A stretch of 43,696 nucleotides of DNA from positions 6,394 through 50,089 of the forward strand of contig CAYSEP010000001.1 in the NCBI GenBank assembly GCA_964430065.1. Direction: 5' to 3'. The DNA comes from an uncultured Candidatus Peribacteria bacterium (lineage in GTDB: Bacteria > Patescibacteriota > Gracilibacteria > BD1-5 > UBA2023). Positions 1-11,366 of the stretch are shown in pieces. Every line of letters starts with the position of its first letter. The stretch's first letter is position 1. Under the pieces are notes generated by a model. The model was not told the origin of the DNA. It saw only the letters and a list, made by a program, of their open reading frames with translations, and did no database searches. A program made the position numbers and the translations under genes.

Positions 1-576
1 ATGAGTGTATATATCCAGACGACCAATCTCGGACAGAAGATGCGTGCTATGCGCCATCTTTCTGAAACAGCGAGAGAAATCACTGAACGTATCGCTGAAG
101 ATGTACGAGAAAAGGGACTCTCTCTCTCAGGTTCAACATTCGATGATCACACCATAGGTTCTCCATGGAATACGATGGAATATACTGGTTCTGGAGGTGA
201 AATCCTCGGTATAAGAGATGGATCGAAACAATATGTATATGGAAAAGTTGAGAACGGTAGTGTATCTTACTGTAAAAATGAAGATCGAAAAAATCCAAAA
301 ATCCAATGTGGGCTTTATATCATAGAGAATCAAGACTTTACGAAATGGTGGAATCTCGTCGATAGCTTCGTTCCAGAAGAAGATAAAAAACGCGTAAAAA
401 TAGAAGATCTGAAGTTTTATATATCGGGTGATGGAATCACGACAGAGAAGAAAGTCACTCTCGTCTTCACACTCGCGCTCATGCCTCGGATCGGTGTGCC
501 ACCAGGACTTATTAGCGATACTCGTACCCATATACAGACGACGATCTCAGAAAGATTTTTTAAGAATACACCATAA
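1..576 (+). CDS. hypothetical protein; the 5' end may lie upstream of the window
   Basis: Uninterrupted 191-codon ORF ending at TAA 574-576. Its stop overlaps the next start (TAATG, 574-578), which suggests translational coupling with the pilin-like gene. I recognise no motif. Confidence 0.4.
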   Translation: MSVYIQTTNLGQKMRAMRHLSETAREITERIAEDVREKGLSLSGSTFDDHTIGSPWNTMEYTGSGGEILGIRDGSKQYVYGKVENGSVSYCKNEDRKNPKIQCGLYIIENQDFTKWWNLVDSFVPEEDKKRVKIEDLKFYISGDGITTEKKVTLVFTLALMPRIGVPPGLISDTRTHIQTTISERFFKNTP

Positions 577-1499
577 TGTACCACCCTCTTCTCGCATCTC
601 GTAAAGGGTTCTCTATACTCGTCGCCCTCGGAACTGTCGGGGTCCTGCTCATCATCGTGATCGGGATAGCATCGGTGTATCAGCGAGAGATTACTCTTTC
701 TCGTATGAGCTATGAGGATATCCTCACCGATGCTCGCGCTGAGTGAGCCTTCGAATACGCTATGCTGAAAGTACGAAATCATCGTGAAGGGTTCGAAGAT
801 AGCATGAAAACTGATGATATCGATACTCTCATCTTCTCTGGATCGAGTGACCGTACGAAAAATACCAAAACAACGTACGCTATCGAAGCACAAACAGGAA
901 GTCATATATTTACTGTAGGACCTGATGAACACCTCATATTGCCACTTTTTGTGGGGAGTGCTGATCTCATTTCGACTCATTCGAGAAATCCATCATTCTC
1001 GACTGGAGTAACGAGAACAACAGGACTTCAGATCACTTGAGCAGATGCGAATATCTCCTGGAGTATCGTCGCGATGAGTGGATCAGAGAATGTGAGTCTT
1101 GCAGGAAACGGAAATATAGGAACCAATGAGGTTGGTACGATGCGACTCAGATGAGAAGATTGTCTCGATAGTGATGGTAAGAATATAAACTGTAATGCTG
1201 TCTGAGTTGAAGAATCTCTCACCTACTTTTATGATCTTACTGGTTCGGTGAATGAATTTCTCAATTCATGAGGAAAATTCAATAAAACTTCTATAAAAGA
1301 TCCGTATATTCTCATTTTTAATGATGGCGAAAGTTCAACGATCACTATAAAAAGCGATACTCCTTACGCTCTTCCGAAATTGGAAGTGACAGCAGAGTCG
1401 AGAAAAGGAAATAGTCTAAAATCCATACGATTTATGGAAGATAAGAGTCGCTACTATGATGCACTCAAATATGGTGTATATGACACATATAATCCATAA
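576..1499 (+). CDS. type IV pilin-like / PilX-like minor pseudopilin
   Basis: ATG 576, 307 codons in one frame through 5 TGA codons to TAA 1497-1499; track ORF 762..1040 is an internal piece. The N-terminus MYHPLLASRKGFSILVALGTVGVLLIIVIG is a short basic leader, then G|F, then a hydrophobic helix, as in prepilins. DARAEGAFEYA resembles the PilX N-terminal region. Confidence 0.5.
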
Positions 1500-1520
1500 T
1501 TAAATAGGAGAGTCGAAATA

Positions 1521-1650
1521 GTCATTTTCGTCATTTCGAGTGAGCCCTGTTTCTGTGGGCGACGAGAAATCTTCCATACAAGGTACCAGAATTTGAAGAT
1601 TTCTCTCTTGATTCATTACAGGAACAGATGAATCTCGCTCGAAATGACAA
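1521..1650. repeat. family-A palindromic mini-repeat (copy A1), long multi-hairpin form
   Basis: Termini gtcatttcgagtgag ... ctcgctcgaaatgac. Internal perfect inverted repeat gagaaatcttc/gaagatttctc, plus gattcat/atgaatc. Lies between the convergent pilin-like gene and dnaB. Confidence 0.7.
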
Positions 1651-1670
1651 TTTATAAATACCCACTAGAT

Positions 1671-3017
1671 CTACTCCCCATCGAAGTCCCCATCTCGAGC
1701 GCGCTCGATCTCGTAGAATTTCTGATGCTGTTTTTCGAACTTCAGATCGACTTGTCCTGTCGGTCCATTTCGGTTTTTTCGGATAAAAATATTCGTCACA
1801 TTCGGTGTCTCAGACATATCGTTGTAGTAGTCATCACGGTAGAGCATGAGGATGATATCGGCATCTTGTTCGATCGCACCAGACTCACGGAGATCTGACA
1901 TGATCGGTCGCTTATCGGGACGAGCTTCCAGGGCACGAGAGAGTTGCGAGAGAGCGATCACAGGAACATTGAGCTCACGTGCGAGCGACTTGAGTCCACG
2001 AGAAATCTCAGATACTTCCTGGACGCGATTGAAACTATTTCCACTCGAGATAAGCTGGAGATAGTCGATCACGATGAGATCGAGTCCAGATTCCATCTTG
2101 AGGCGACGTGCCTTCGACTTCAGTTCTAGGATACCCGCTCCAGCAGGGGAGTCATCGATGTATATTTTCGCTCGAGAAAGACGCTCGAGAGCATCACCCA
2201 TCTTCGCGAATTCATCTTCAGAAAGTTTTCCTTTCTGGAGTTTCCAGCTATCGACTGCCATACTCGCTGCGATCATACGATCGGTAAGTTGCTCTTTCGA
2301 CATTTCGAGGGAAAACACTGCCACATTTTTTCCTTTTTCTCCGACATTTTGCGCGAAGTTCATAGCGATAGCAGTCTTTCCCATAGAGGGACGAGCTGCC
2401 ACGATGATGAGGTCTCCCCGCTTGAATCCTCCGAGTTTGAAATCGAATCCCTCATATCCCGTCGAGACGCTATTCGCCTGAGAAAGTGTCGGATCGGCAT
2501 GAATCGCGGCGAACTCTTCGTATCGAGCATTGAGGATATCTTTGATATGGACGAGTTTATTCTGGATGAATGTCTGTGTCACAGAAAAGAGAGATTTTTC
2601 TGCTTTTTCGAGGAGTTCGTTTATCTCTGTCACCTCATCGAAACCAGCTTGTGTGATATCACTTCCCGATTTTATAAGCTTTCGAAGGACAGATTTATTT
2701 TTCACGATCTGCGCATACTGGAATATATTCGCACTCGTGAAGACTGCCGTCATGAGATCCGCGAGGAAGTTATCCCCACCGATAGATTCGAGTTTTTTCT
2801 GGTCGTCTATGACCTCGCGGACAGTGAGTGAGTCGATAGGACGATTGCGCGCATAGAGATCGAGCATCGCCGCATAGACGATACCGTGTGCAGGGTCGTA
2901 GAAATCTTCAGGAAGGAGCATGCTCGCAACCTGGATCATACCATCCTTATCGATAAGGATAGAACCGAGGACTCAGCGCTCAGCTTCGATGCTATGTGGA
3001 GGGGTGGAGAGAGACAA
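1671..3017 (-). CDS. dnaB: replicative DNA helicase DnaB
   Basis: Track ORF 1671..2939 carries the Walker A sequence GARPSMGKT and other DnaB motifs. Reading through TGA 2973-2975 restores the conserved N-terminus PPHSIEAERGVLGSILIDKDG. There is no ATG, so TTG at 3017 is the likely start (uncertain). Confidence 0.9.
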
Positions 3018-3048
3018 AGTTGAATAAATAATGAATAACTATAGTGTC

Positions 3049-3429
3049 TTATTTCCAATAATGAGGAAGCAAGTCCGAGAGAGGAAGCATATCATTTTTT
3101 CAGATATATACAAGTGTATTTTTATTATTCTGGTGTATTTGCATCATCATTTCTCTGCATCTTCCACAAGGAGCTACTACTTCACCAGTATCTCGTACAG
3201 CGATGATTTCCGATATTCCAGAGTGATCAGTTTTAAGCATTTCAGCAATAGCAGAATGTTCCGCACAAAATCCTACACTCGCAGAAAAATCCAAACACTT
3301 ACCCGTAAAAATATTTCCATCTTTCGTGATCAGTGCAGCTGAAACACCTCCGACACTCGCATATCAGGAAAGGATAATATCTTCACTTATAGCAAAAGCT
3401 TCTTTATATAAAGTATCAAAATGATTCAT
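3049..3429 (-). CDS. cdd: cytidine deaminase (small homotetrameric type)
   Basis: CAEHSAI and PCGRCRE zinc-ligand motifs. ATG at 3429, two in-frame TGA codons, TAA at 3049-3051, about 126 aa. Confidence 0.8.
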
Positions 3430-3443
3430 ATTTAACTAAACTT

Positions 3444-4787
3444 TTATTTCTCCCCTCCAAAATTTCCAGCAAGTTCCTCTTCAGTAACGAGTTTTCCTAT
3501 GAGATCAACGATTTCTTGATTATAGGGAGTGAGGTTTTTGAGCTTTATGAGCGTCTCAACTGCTTCTTTTCGTTCACCTCGAGATATCAGTGCCTGTGTA
3601 TAGAGCCAGAGGATTTCTGGATTACGAGGGTATTGTTTCAGATAACTTTTTCCGTAGGTATAGACATCTTCTGGAAGTGAGAGCTCAGAAGCAAGATGAG
3701 TGAGCGTATAGAGAAGATCTTCTTTCTCTCCTCCGAGATCGAGGACTTTCTTATAGAGCTCGTAGGAGACCTCATAGCGTCGCTGCATGGCTAGAGAGGT
3801 AGCGAGATGTTCGAGGATTTCGAGATCGTCAGGGTAGAGTTTCGCGAGATCCTTGAAGATGTATTCTGCCTTGGTATAGGCATGATCTCGCTCGTAGAGA
3901 CTTGCCATGAGGAGATTGAGATCTCGGTGGTCTTTATCGAGCGCGAGCCCCGATACGATAAATGCTCGTGCTTCCTCGAGCTGACCGCGAGCGATGAGTG
4001 TCCTGACCATAGAGACGATTTCGACTATTTTGTCACGTTTTTCTGGTGCTATAGTGCTATCTAGAACTTTTTCAGAAATAGGAGCTGATACAGGAATCTC
4101 TATCTTTTCCTCGATCGTAGCGGTGACTCATACAGGAGTTTCTTCTATTTTTTCTGATATTTCTTCAGTTGATTCAACTTCTCATGTAGCGAGAAGAGCT
4201 TCAGGAAGAGTGTCTGGTGTCGTATGTCAGATAAGATCGGTGTCATCCTCGATTTTTTCTTCTGGTATTTCTACAGCCGTATCGACATCACTCGTTGATT
4301 CCGGTAGTTCTAGTATCTCTTCAGGGGCTTGAGCGTTTTCTATGATTTGCTCTATAGCACTATCGTCTGGAGTGATTGTTTCAGTTGTAGTGATAAGAGG
4401 TTCATCGAGAAATGGTGATACAACTTCTACTGTTTCTGGAGGGTTTTCTGGACTCGCTTCTGGAGTTTCTATCGTTTCCTCTGGAGGAAGCTCTGTTGGA
4501 GCTATTTCTACAGAGCTCTCACCTTCGGGAATTTGAGATGGTTCTTCTGGTGTGCCTGTTTCTGTCGGTAACTCTTCAGAAGCTTCTGTCATAGGGGTAG
4601 AGTTCTCCATGACATACGCTTTTCGCGGATGAAAAAGGTAAAAAATACGCTTCAAAAACTGATAAGCGTCATGCGCAAACATGAGTGCTATGAGTCCAAT
4701 ACAGAGAAAGAGGATGATGGCCTCGATCGATGCAACCTGATTCGTAAAGAGAAATTCCATGAAAAGAGGAAAGAAAATTGCTTCCAT
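3444..4787 (-). CDS. membrane-anchored TPR-repeat protein with an acidic Pro/Glu-rich linker
   Basis: Track ORFs 4227..4787 and 3444..4010 are in the same frame. The 216 nt between them contain only TGA (3 in-frame TGA in total, including the 4227-4229 junction codon), with no TAA or TAG. N-terminal TM helix, PE-rich low-complexity segment, C-terminal TPR-like helices. Confidence 0.6.
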
Positions 4788-4922
4788 ATGATAGAAAAAA
4801 AAATGAAATTTGCAAACAGGAAAATATGTTTTTCGAGAGAGAAAAACTTTTTCGAAAAATTATTTGCTTTTCTTATTCATTATCATATAATCCACCGCGA
4901 TTTACTTATCAATTCTCTCCTC

Positions 4923-5276
4923 ATGGACGCTACTCTCATCGCCGCGATACAGGCAACTACATCACAAAAATCTGACGACACTCGCTACAAGACGGGTATG
5001 GAAGTCGAAGTTCACCAGATCATAAAAGACGGTGACAAGGAAAGAATACAGCTTTTCCGCGGACTTATCATCTCTATGAAAGGAAAAACTCAGCTCGATA
5101 AAGTTATCACTGTACGTGCTGATATCGACGGGATCGGTATCGAGAAGATTTTCCCGATCAATTCTCCGTTCATATCGAAGATCGTCGTACTTCGTCAGTT
5201 CAAGGTTCGTCGCAATAATATCGGATATATCCGTAACCTTACTGGTAAAGCAGCTCGTCTCAAAGAAATCAAGTAA
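4923..5276 (+). CDS. rplS: 50S ribosomal protein L19
   Basis: MDATLIAAIQ...KERIQLFRGLIISMKGK...RRNNIGYIRNLTGKAARLKE matches the L19 family. The upstream in-frame extension in the track overlaps the TPR gene and is not credible. No TGA codons. Confidence 0.9.
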   Translation: MDATLIAAIQATTSQKSDDTRYKTGMEVEVHQIIKDGDKERIQLFRGLIISMKGKTQLDKVITVRADIDGIGIEKIFPINSPFISKIVVLRQFKVRRNNIGYIRNLTGKAARLKEIK

Positions 5277-5294
5277 TTGTTCTACGGTTCTTTT

Positions 5295-5325
5295 AAAAAC
5301 TCCCCCATTTGGGGAGTTTTTCTTT
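5295..5325 (+). terminator. intrinsic terminator downstream of rplS
   Basis: aaaactcccc-attt-ggggagtttt hairpin followed by a T-rich run. Confidence 0.7.
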
Positions 5326-5362
5326 TCTTATAGTGAATGCTAAAAGATTTGCTAGTGTCAGT

Positions 5363-5440
5363 CCTCCTCTTATAGGGGAGGTAAGGAGGGGTACTTTCGT
5401 CTCGAATACCCCCTCTCACTCGCCCTACAAGGGGGAGAAT
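5363..5440. repeat. family-B G/C-hairpin mini-repeat (copy B1), intergenic
   Basis: cctcctcttataggggagg ... ccccctctcactcgccctacaagggggagaat. Colinear with copy B2 at 25705-25769 apart from a 12-nt insert. Confidence 0.7.
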
Positions 5441-5758
5441 TTGGAATCAGAGTATACAGACTTATGGAATAATTTCAGTATTTTATAGCACGCGAGAATC
5501 TCATTTCAGAGTAAAAAAGTTACTATAAATCTCTAAAAATTCTTCACATACTTCGGCTTGCTTTTTCCGTGAAGCAATGGTGAAGGGCGTTACTCATTTT
5601 TCCTGTATACATAGCGTGTTCGATATTCCTGTCAAATGATTTTTTTCTTTTGACTTCGCTTAAAAAAAGAATAAAAAGGCGTTCATAAATCCAGAGATAA
5701 AACAGTATTACAGAGCGTATAGTGAGTCCGTCAAGTTTCCATTTCTTTTGCTCTTCTC

Positions 5759-7183
5759 ATGTCACAGGTTTTCTCTTTTCTTCATCTCACAGAAGTTATC
5801 AAGTCTCTCTCAGTTTCTGTGCGTAAGCAAGATTTTCTTACATATTTTAAGAGATTTTCTCTCGTGTCTGCTACAGAAGATAGTATCACTCTCGGGGTAG
5901 TATCGTCATTTCACCGGGACAATCTCCTGAAGAAGTTCTATGATGAGATCAAAGAAACAGTACAGAAAGTCAATCCAGCAATAACTTCTCTCGATATCGT
6001 CGTCGATGATGAGATGGACAGGAAGTGAGAAGATCTTGTCGTCGACTGTAGAAATGCTCTCAAAGAAAGTGAAAAAACTACCAAAAAACAACAAGTCGAA
6101 TGAGTAGAAATCGTCGAAGGACTCAATAGTCGTCTCACGAGTGATAGATATAAGCTCGATAACTTCATCGTCGGTCCATCGACACAGCTCGCTCATGCAG
6201 CCTGTGAAGCGGTTGCTCGCCGTCCAGGAAGCTCATACAATCCGCTCTATCTCTATGGGAACGTCGGACTCGGGAAGACGCACCTTCTTCAGGCAAGTGC
6301 GAACACGATCCGCGAGAAGCACAAATGACTGAAGGTGATATATACGACGGCAGATAGATTTCTCTCTGACTATGTCGCGAGTATCAAGGGGCGTTCTATA
6401 GATAAACTCCGTGAAAAATACCGCCAGATCGATGTCCTCGTGATCGACGACGTCCAGTTCCTCTCAGGGAAAAAACAAACTCAAGAAGAGCTCTACAACA
6501 TCTTCAATATCCTCTACGAAGCAGGAAAGCAGATCATCCTCTCGGGAGATCGTCCGCCGAAAGAGCTCACTGAGCTCGAGCCACGACTGCAGAGTCGATT
6601 CGAGTGGGGGATCACGGTCGACCTCGGAGAACCAGACTACGAGACGCGTCTCGCGATCATCCAGGAGAAATCCCGTGCCAGAGAATTCATCCTCGACCAG
6701 GAAGTGGCAGAGTTCATCGCTGAGAATGTGACGACCAATGTCCGTGAACTCGAAGGTATACTCAACCAGATCATCGCAGAATACGATCTCAAGAATACTC
6801 CTCCCACTCTCGAAAATGTCGCATTTCGTCTCTCAAAACTCGCCGTCCGCTCTATCACGACGAGCCTCACAGAAAGTCGATGAGTCCGTACAGGAAACTG
6901 TAGTTACGAAGACCTCATCCAGGCTGTCTCTGGACACTTCGGTATCGAGATCCGTACACTCCTCTCAGAAGATCGCAAAAAAGAAAACATGATCCCTCGC
7001 CAAGTCGCGATGTATCTGCTAAAAAACCGACTTCACTACACCTACGAACGCATCGGGAATATATTCTCAGGGCGCAACCATACAGCAGTGATGTACTCAT
7101 GCAAGAAACTCGAACTCGTGATGAAAAAAGATCAGCAAGTTGTGTATGAAGTGAATGTGATACGGGATAAACTTGGAATTTAA
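5759..7183 (+). CDS. dnaA: chromosomal replication initiator DnaA
   Basis: Track pieces 5759..6028, 6335..6883 and 6989..7183 share one frame. The gaps contain only TGA (4 in total). The joined protein has the Walker A sequence [14 protein letters not shown], sensor motifs, and the domain IV sequence RQVAMYLLK...GRNHTAVMY. Confidence 0.95.
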
Positions 7184-7221
7184 TCTTCAATCGATCAATA
7201 AGGTAATTAAGAATTTATAAT

Positions 7222-7692
7222 ATGGGAAATATAATTACAAATTCTTTAGAAAAACTTCTTCCCTCATGAGTATCTAGCAATGAGCAAGGTATCGTAAAAA
7301 TTGTTCGAACAAGCATTGCAGAGTTACTAAATGAATATACCTCAAGAGAACTTGATGAAATAGATAAATTAGACTCAGTATGAGAAAAAGCAAAAGGCGC
7401 TTACAATACACTAAAGAAAAGAATTAAAGAGCTACATCCAGATGAGGATTTTGAGCTCTATGAAGAAACTTCTCGCATAAATACACTTGCATTACAAATA
7501 CTTGATTATGGAAAATGGTGAATAAACGGTTCTCTGCAGAAAATGATGCATAATCTTTTGATGCTAAGAAATCAATCACTTCAGATACAGCTTATCGATA
7601 CGGAAAATGATGAACGAAAAATGCAATGACGTCCAGCATTCTTGTCAGCAGACTTTGCAGAATTAAAAAGAGATTTTACCTATAGTTCTTAG
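7222..7692 (+). CDS. hypothetical helical protein
   Basis: 156 codons from ATG 7222 to TAG 7690-7692, with 4 in-frame TGA. AT-rich composition unlike the flanking dnaA and rsmI. It occupies the position where dnaN usually sits. Confidence 0.45.
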
Positions 7693-7698
7693 ACTTTT

Positions 7699-8361
7699 AT
7701 GCTCTCAATAGTTTCTACACCAATAGGCAATCTCGAAGATATCACGCTTCGAGCAATGCGAATACTGAAAGAAGCAGACTATATAGCCTGCGAAGATACT
7801 CGTATGACAGGGCAACTTCTCGGCTACTACGATATCCCAAATGACGGGAGACTTCTCTCATTTCACTCGCACTCAGGGTTCTCGAAGATGGAGCGGATCA
7901 TAGAGCTCCTGAAAGAAGGAAAACATGTGGCGCTCGTATCGGATGCGGGGACTCCAGGTATTTCTGATCCAGGATTTGTCCTCATACGCAGAGCTGTCGA
8001 AGAGGGGATCGAGGTGACTCCTATCCCATGAGCTTCTGCTGTTCTTTCCGCACTTGTCGCAAGTGGGATCGACTGTCATCAGTATCTCTATCTCGGATTC
8101 CTCCCCGTGAAGAAGTGACGCCAGACGATGCTAAAAAGCCTCGTGAACAAGGAATATACCGTCGTCGTCTATGAGTCAGTCCACCGCATCGAACGGACGC
8201 TCGAGGAACTCTGAGAATATCTCTGAGCCGATCATCATATCGTGGTTGGGCGCGAGCTCACGAAGAAATTCGAAGAATTTCGCCGTGGAACCATCGCCGA
8301 AGTAAGAGAGTACTATAAGTGAGAGGGGAAAGTGAAAGGGGAGTTTGTATTAGTATTTTAG
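7699..8361 (+). CDS. rsmI: 16S rRNA (cytidine1402-2'-O)-methyltransferase RsmI
   Basis: The sequence [18 protein letters not shown], the sequence [12 protein letters not shown], and IP[TGA]ASA (family consensus IPGxSA). 5 in-frame TGA, TAG at 8359-8361. Confidence 0.85.
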
Positions 8362-8441
8362 AGAGGTTTTGACAATTTAGAAAAATAACTTGATTTATAT
8401 TTAAAATATAGTATATATAAGATACTATTTATTATTAGTAT

Positions 8442-11366
8442 ATGTCGATTTTAGTTTATTCTGAGTGAGACTCTGGGGTCGAGAAAATAAATGCAACAAA
8501 AGAGCAAAAACCTGACCACCTTTGATTAACAGCAGACGATTACTCTAGTTGTGCTTTTGCTATGGGTTTCGATAGGGAACGAGTAACTAAAACTCTAGAG
8601 TATTTTTCTAAATACCGCCAGGTAGCCGCAAGTCTCATGCATTTAGATATTGAATCTTCTACATTTTTAAACTCATTCCTTAGTTGCTTACTATTCGAAA
8701 GAGAACTAGTAGTACCAAGTGAAGATGTTGTAAATAAGATAAGAAACTGGATAGCATCGATTCCTGGTATTTGGGCGGTAAATGAGGATTTTCTTATTGC
8801 TATTGCAATGGAAAATCAAAAATCTTATCACACTCTTAGAGTATTACTTTTATTTGTAAACTTCTGGAGATTGCATCCAAAGTATATCTGAAGGTTAATT
8901 GGGGAAGACGAATATAGTAATAATTCAGAGAAAGGAATCGTACCTTTAACTCTAGCCAGTTCTGATTTCATAGCTCTTTCTAATATATATTTGGCTAAAT
9001 CAGATAATCTTAACTTTAGATCAACTACATGGTTTAATACGAGTGATGGGAATCGTCTCACTTACCATTTTAAGTGAAGATACTCTTCTCAAAAAAATAA
9101 AGATGTTGGCAAAGCCTTTCCTCACTATCGACATTTTTGTAAGATAGATTCTATAGGAGCACTCCGCGCATTGGAAGAATACATACTTGTTTGATGATTT
9201 TGACTACAAGAATCTGGTGATATACCTATTGATATACTTCGAGCTTTTATCAGAAAACATATTCTTCATATTGATACGATCATTGCTTTTTTAAACAAAA
9301 AATGAATAGATTTTTATTCATTGAATCAACTTACAAGAAAAGTTATTGAGGCAGAGAGAGGGAAAATTGCGTGAGGATCACCTACCCCTAAAAAAACAAA
9401 CCCATGAAAATTATGAAAACATACCTCAATCCTTCAGCCATCACGACCAATATATACTAGTAATGCAAATAATAGTAATACTGTAGACCCAAATACCAGA
9501 AACACAGTTCCAGAAAGCCATAAATATGAAGTTCCTATTTTTATCTGAAACGCAAAGAAATCTCTTATATCTTGACAATGATTTAATTGAACTAGAGAGA
9601 ACCTAGTAAGAGAGATCCCTTACTCCAAACTTACACTTTTATGGATTAGGGAGGATTGAGGTGAATGGATATCTCATGCAGGGTGAATTTCTATAAATCT
9701 CAACAAGAAGGATATTGGTTCATATGAATTCTGTTATACTCGTCCAGAAAATACTCCAGAAACGGAAAATAGTCCAGTGGAAAGAATACAAATCGAGCAA
9801 AAGAAAAATGTATGAAGTATCACAGATACTGTGCCGAAACAAGTTGCCGTGAACATCCCTGATCAGCCAAAACAAGAAGAAGAAAACCCACTCGATGCTA
9901 TCGCTCTGAATTTACTTTCGAAGATTGGAGAAGGTGCTTATGCTATTAATGAAGATGGTCTAGGAAATATCTCTCTGAGATTTTCGGATTGTGACTATGT
10001 TGCTCGTTGGTATAAGGAGCTTTCTATAGCAACGCTCTCTGGATGAGGAACGGAAAACGATCATGCATATCTTATAGACCTTCTTAGAAAAGAAATTACA
10101 AATGCATTTACCCAACATATGGCTCTAAAAAGAGAGAGAGAAGAGGCAGAAAAAACGCGTATACTGATTCAAGTAATGGGGAAGTTCACAGATATGATTA
10201 TAGCACTGAGCTGACCACATGATGTTCTAAATATAGAAACCCTCCTGAGAGCATCGAGGCACAACGACTATCATGCAGGGATTATTGCTACCAGAAATGG
10301 TTATAAGGAAAAAACGGATAAATTTTTAGTTGAGATGCGAAAACTCTGAGTTATCATAGAGTACGCTCGAGTAGACATATCATGAAAAAAGGACGAGAAG
10401 TGAAAAGAATTCTCCCTAAAAGTATATGCTCAAAGTGATCAAGAAAATATAGTTTCTATACACTCTACTCAGGATAACTATACTTTACAAGGCGGTATGG
10501 GAGACGAGAAACTTGCCGAGATTGCCAAAGCAGGTTTTGCACTCTTTGGACTCTTGGGAAGAAGAATTATAGAAGAGCCTCATTCTAGCCAAGTAAAGAA
10601 ATGAGAAACTAAACCAACAGTAAGTGACGTACTCGGTGGAAACTATAAAAAACCTCGGACAATCTTTACTCAGCTTGAGAAAGGTGAACAAGATACCATT
10701 CGAGATTTGATAAAGCGACTCGATGAATGAAGGGGGAAAATATCAAAAGGTGCTTATGTAAATTATGAGATAGGTTTTCTAGATCATCAAATATCCAGTA
10801 GAAAAGGCTGGCAAGATATCCAAGATTGAGATATGCTTGTCCTTCGAGATGAATCTATCAGGGCCGAGAGTAGTGAACATACTAAACCAAATCCAGAAGT
10901 ATACGATCTCCTTGAAGTGAGTGAACATTTTCAGAAGTACATGCTCCTCAGGTGGGTAAGTACTATAACAGATATAGAAGGTATATCCCTTCCTCAGTAC
11001 AAAAGACAAAAATCACCATTCCAGAATTGAGCACTTGAATTTTTTCGAGCATTTTGGTTCTCACTCTCAGAAGAAAAAAGAAACGAATTCAAGAACAATA
11101 TCGGACTAGATCCAAATACAGAAAAGCTATCACCGACAACATGACTCAGGACTATGTACGATGAATGAAGAACTCTCTTTCATCACTTCATGTATCTCAT
11201 TCGAAGGGGGCGAGAAAATGCTATCACTTACCAGGAGGGTAGTGAAAGGAAAATATACCAACAGAGGTGACCTATTCCACTCATATATACACGACCGAGT
11301 CTTATAACTCAAGAAGATCTTAGAGAATATCGACAAGAAATTGCACAAAACACATGAAATCACTAA
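8442..11366 (+). CDS. large orphan protein (974 aa) of unknown function
   Basis: I read frame 0 line by line from ATG 8442 to TAA 11364-11366. There is no TAA or TAG in 974 codons of AT-rich DNA, and 31 TGA codons. Track ORFs 8562..8891, 9831..10046 and 10833..11030 are pieces of it. No domain recognised. Confidence 0.7.

Noticed and set aside
4629-4922. The long N-terminal extension of L19 suggested by track ORF 4629..5276.
   Set aside because: The extension overlaps the TPR-protein gene on the opposite strand and has no L19 similarity. The conserved L19 sequence begins at ATG 4923.
5441-5758. A defined oriC with DnaA boxes.
   Set aside because: There is no perfect or clustered TTATCCACA-type box. 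It is reported only as a low-confidence candidate region, not as a feature.
5759-7183. dnaA, and likewise gltX, gatB, gdh, mltG, rsmI, ppk2 and others, appear as multiple short ORFs, which suggests pseudogenes or a degraded genome.
   Set aside because: All fragments of each gene are in one frame, the interruptions are exclusively TGA, and the TGA codons sit on conserved glycines. This is recoding, not decay.
8369-8441. Promoter calls upstream of the 974-codon ORF (TTGACA at 8369 and several TATA-like hexamers).
   Set aside because: The spacing to any good -10 hexamer is poor, and the region is so AT-rich that -10-like hexamers occur by chance.
9390-9520. A possible second gene start or a domain boundary within the large ORF, at the Asn/Thr/Pro-rich linker.
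   Set aside because: The frame is continuous, with no TAA or TAG and no convincing internal start context. It is treated as an interdomain linker of a single protein.
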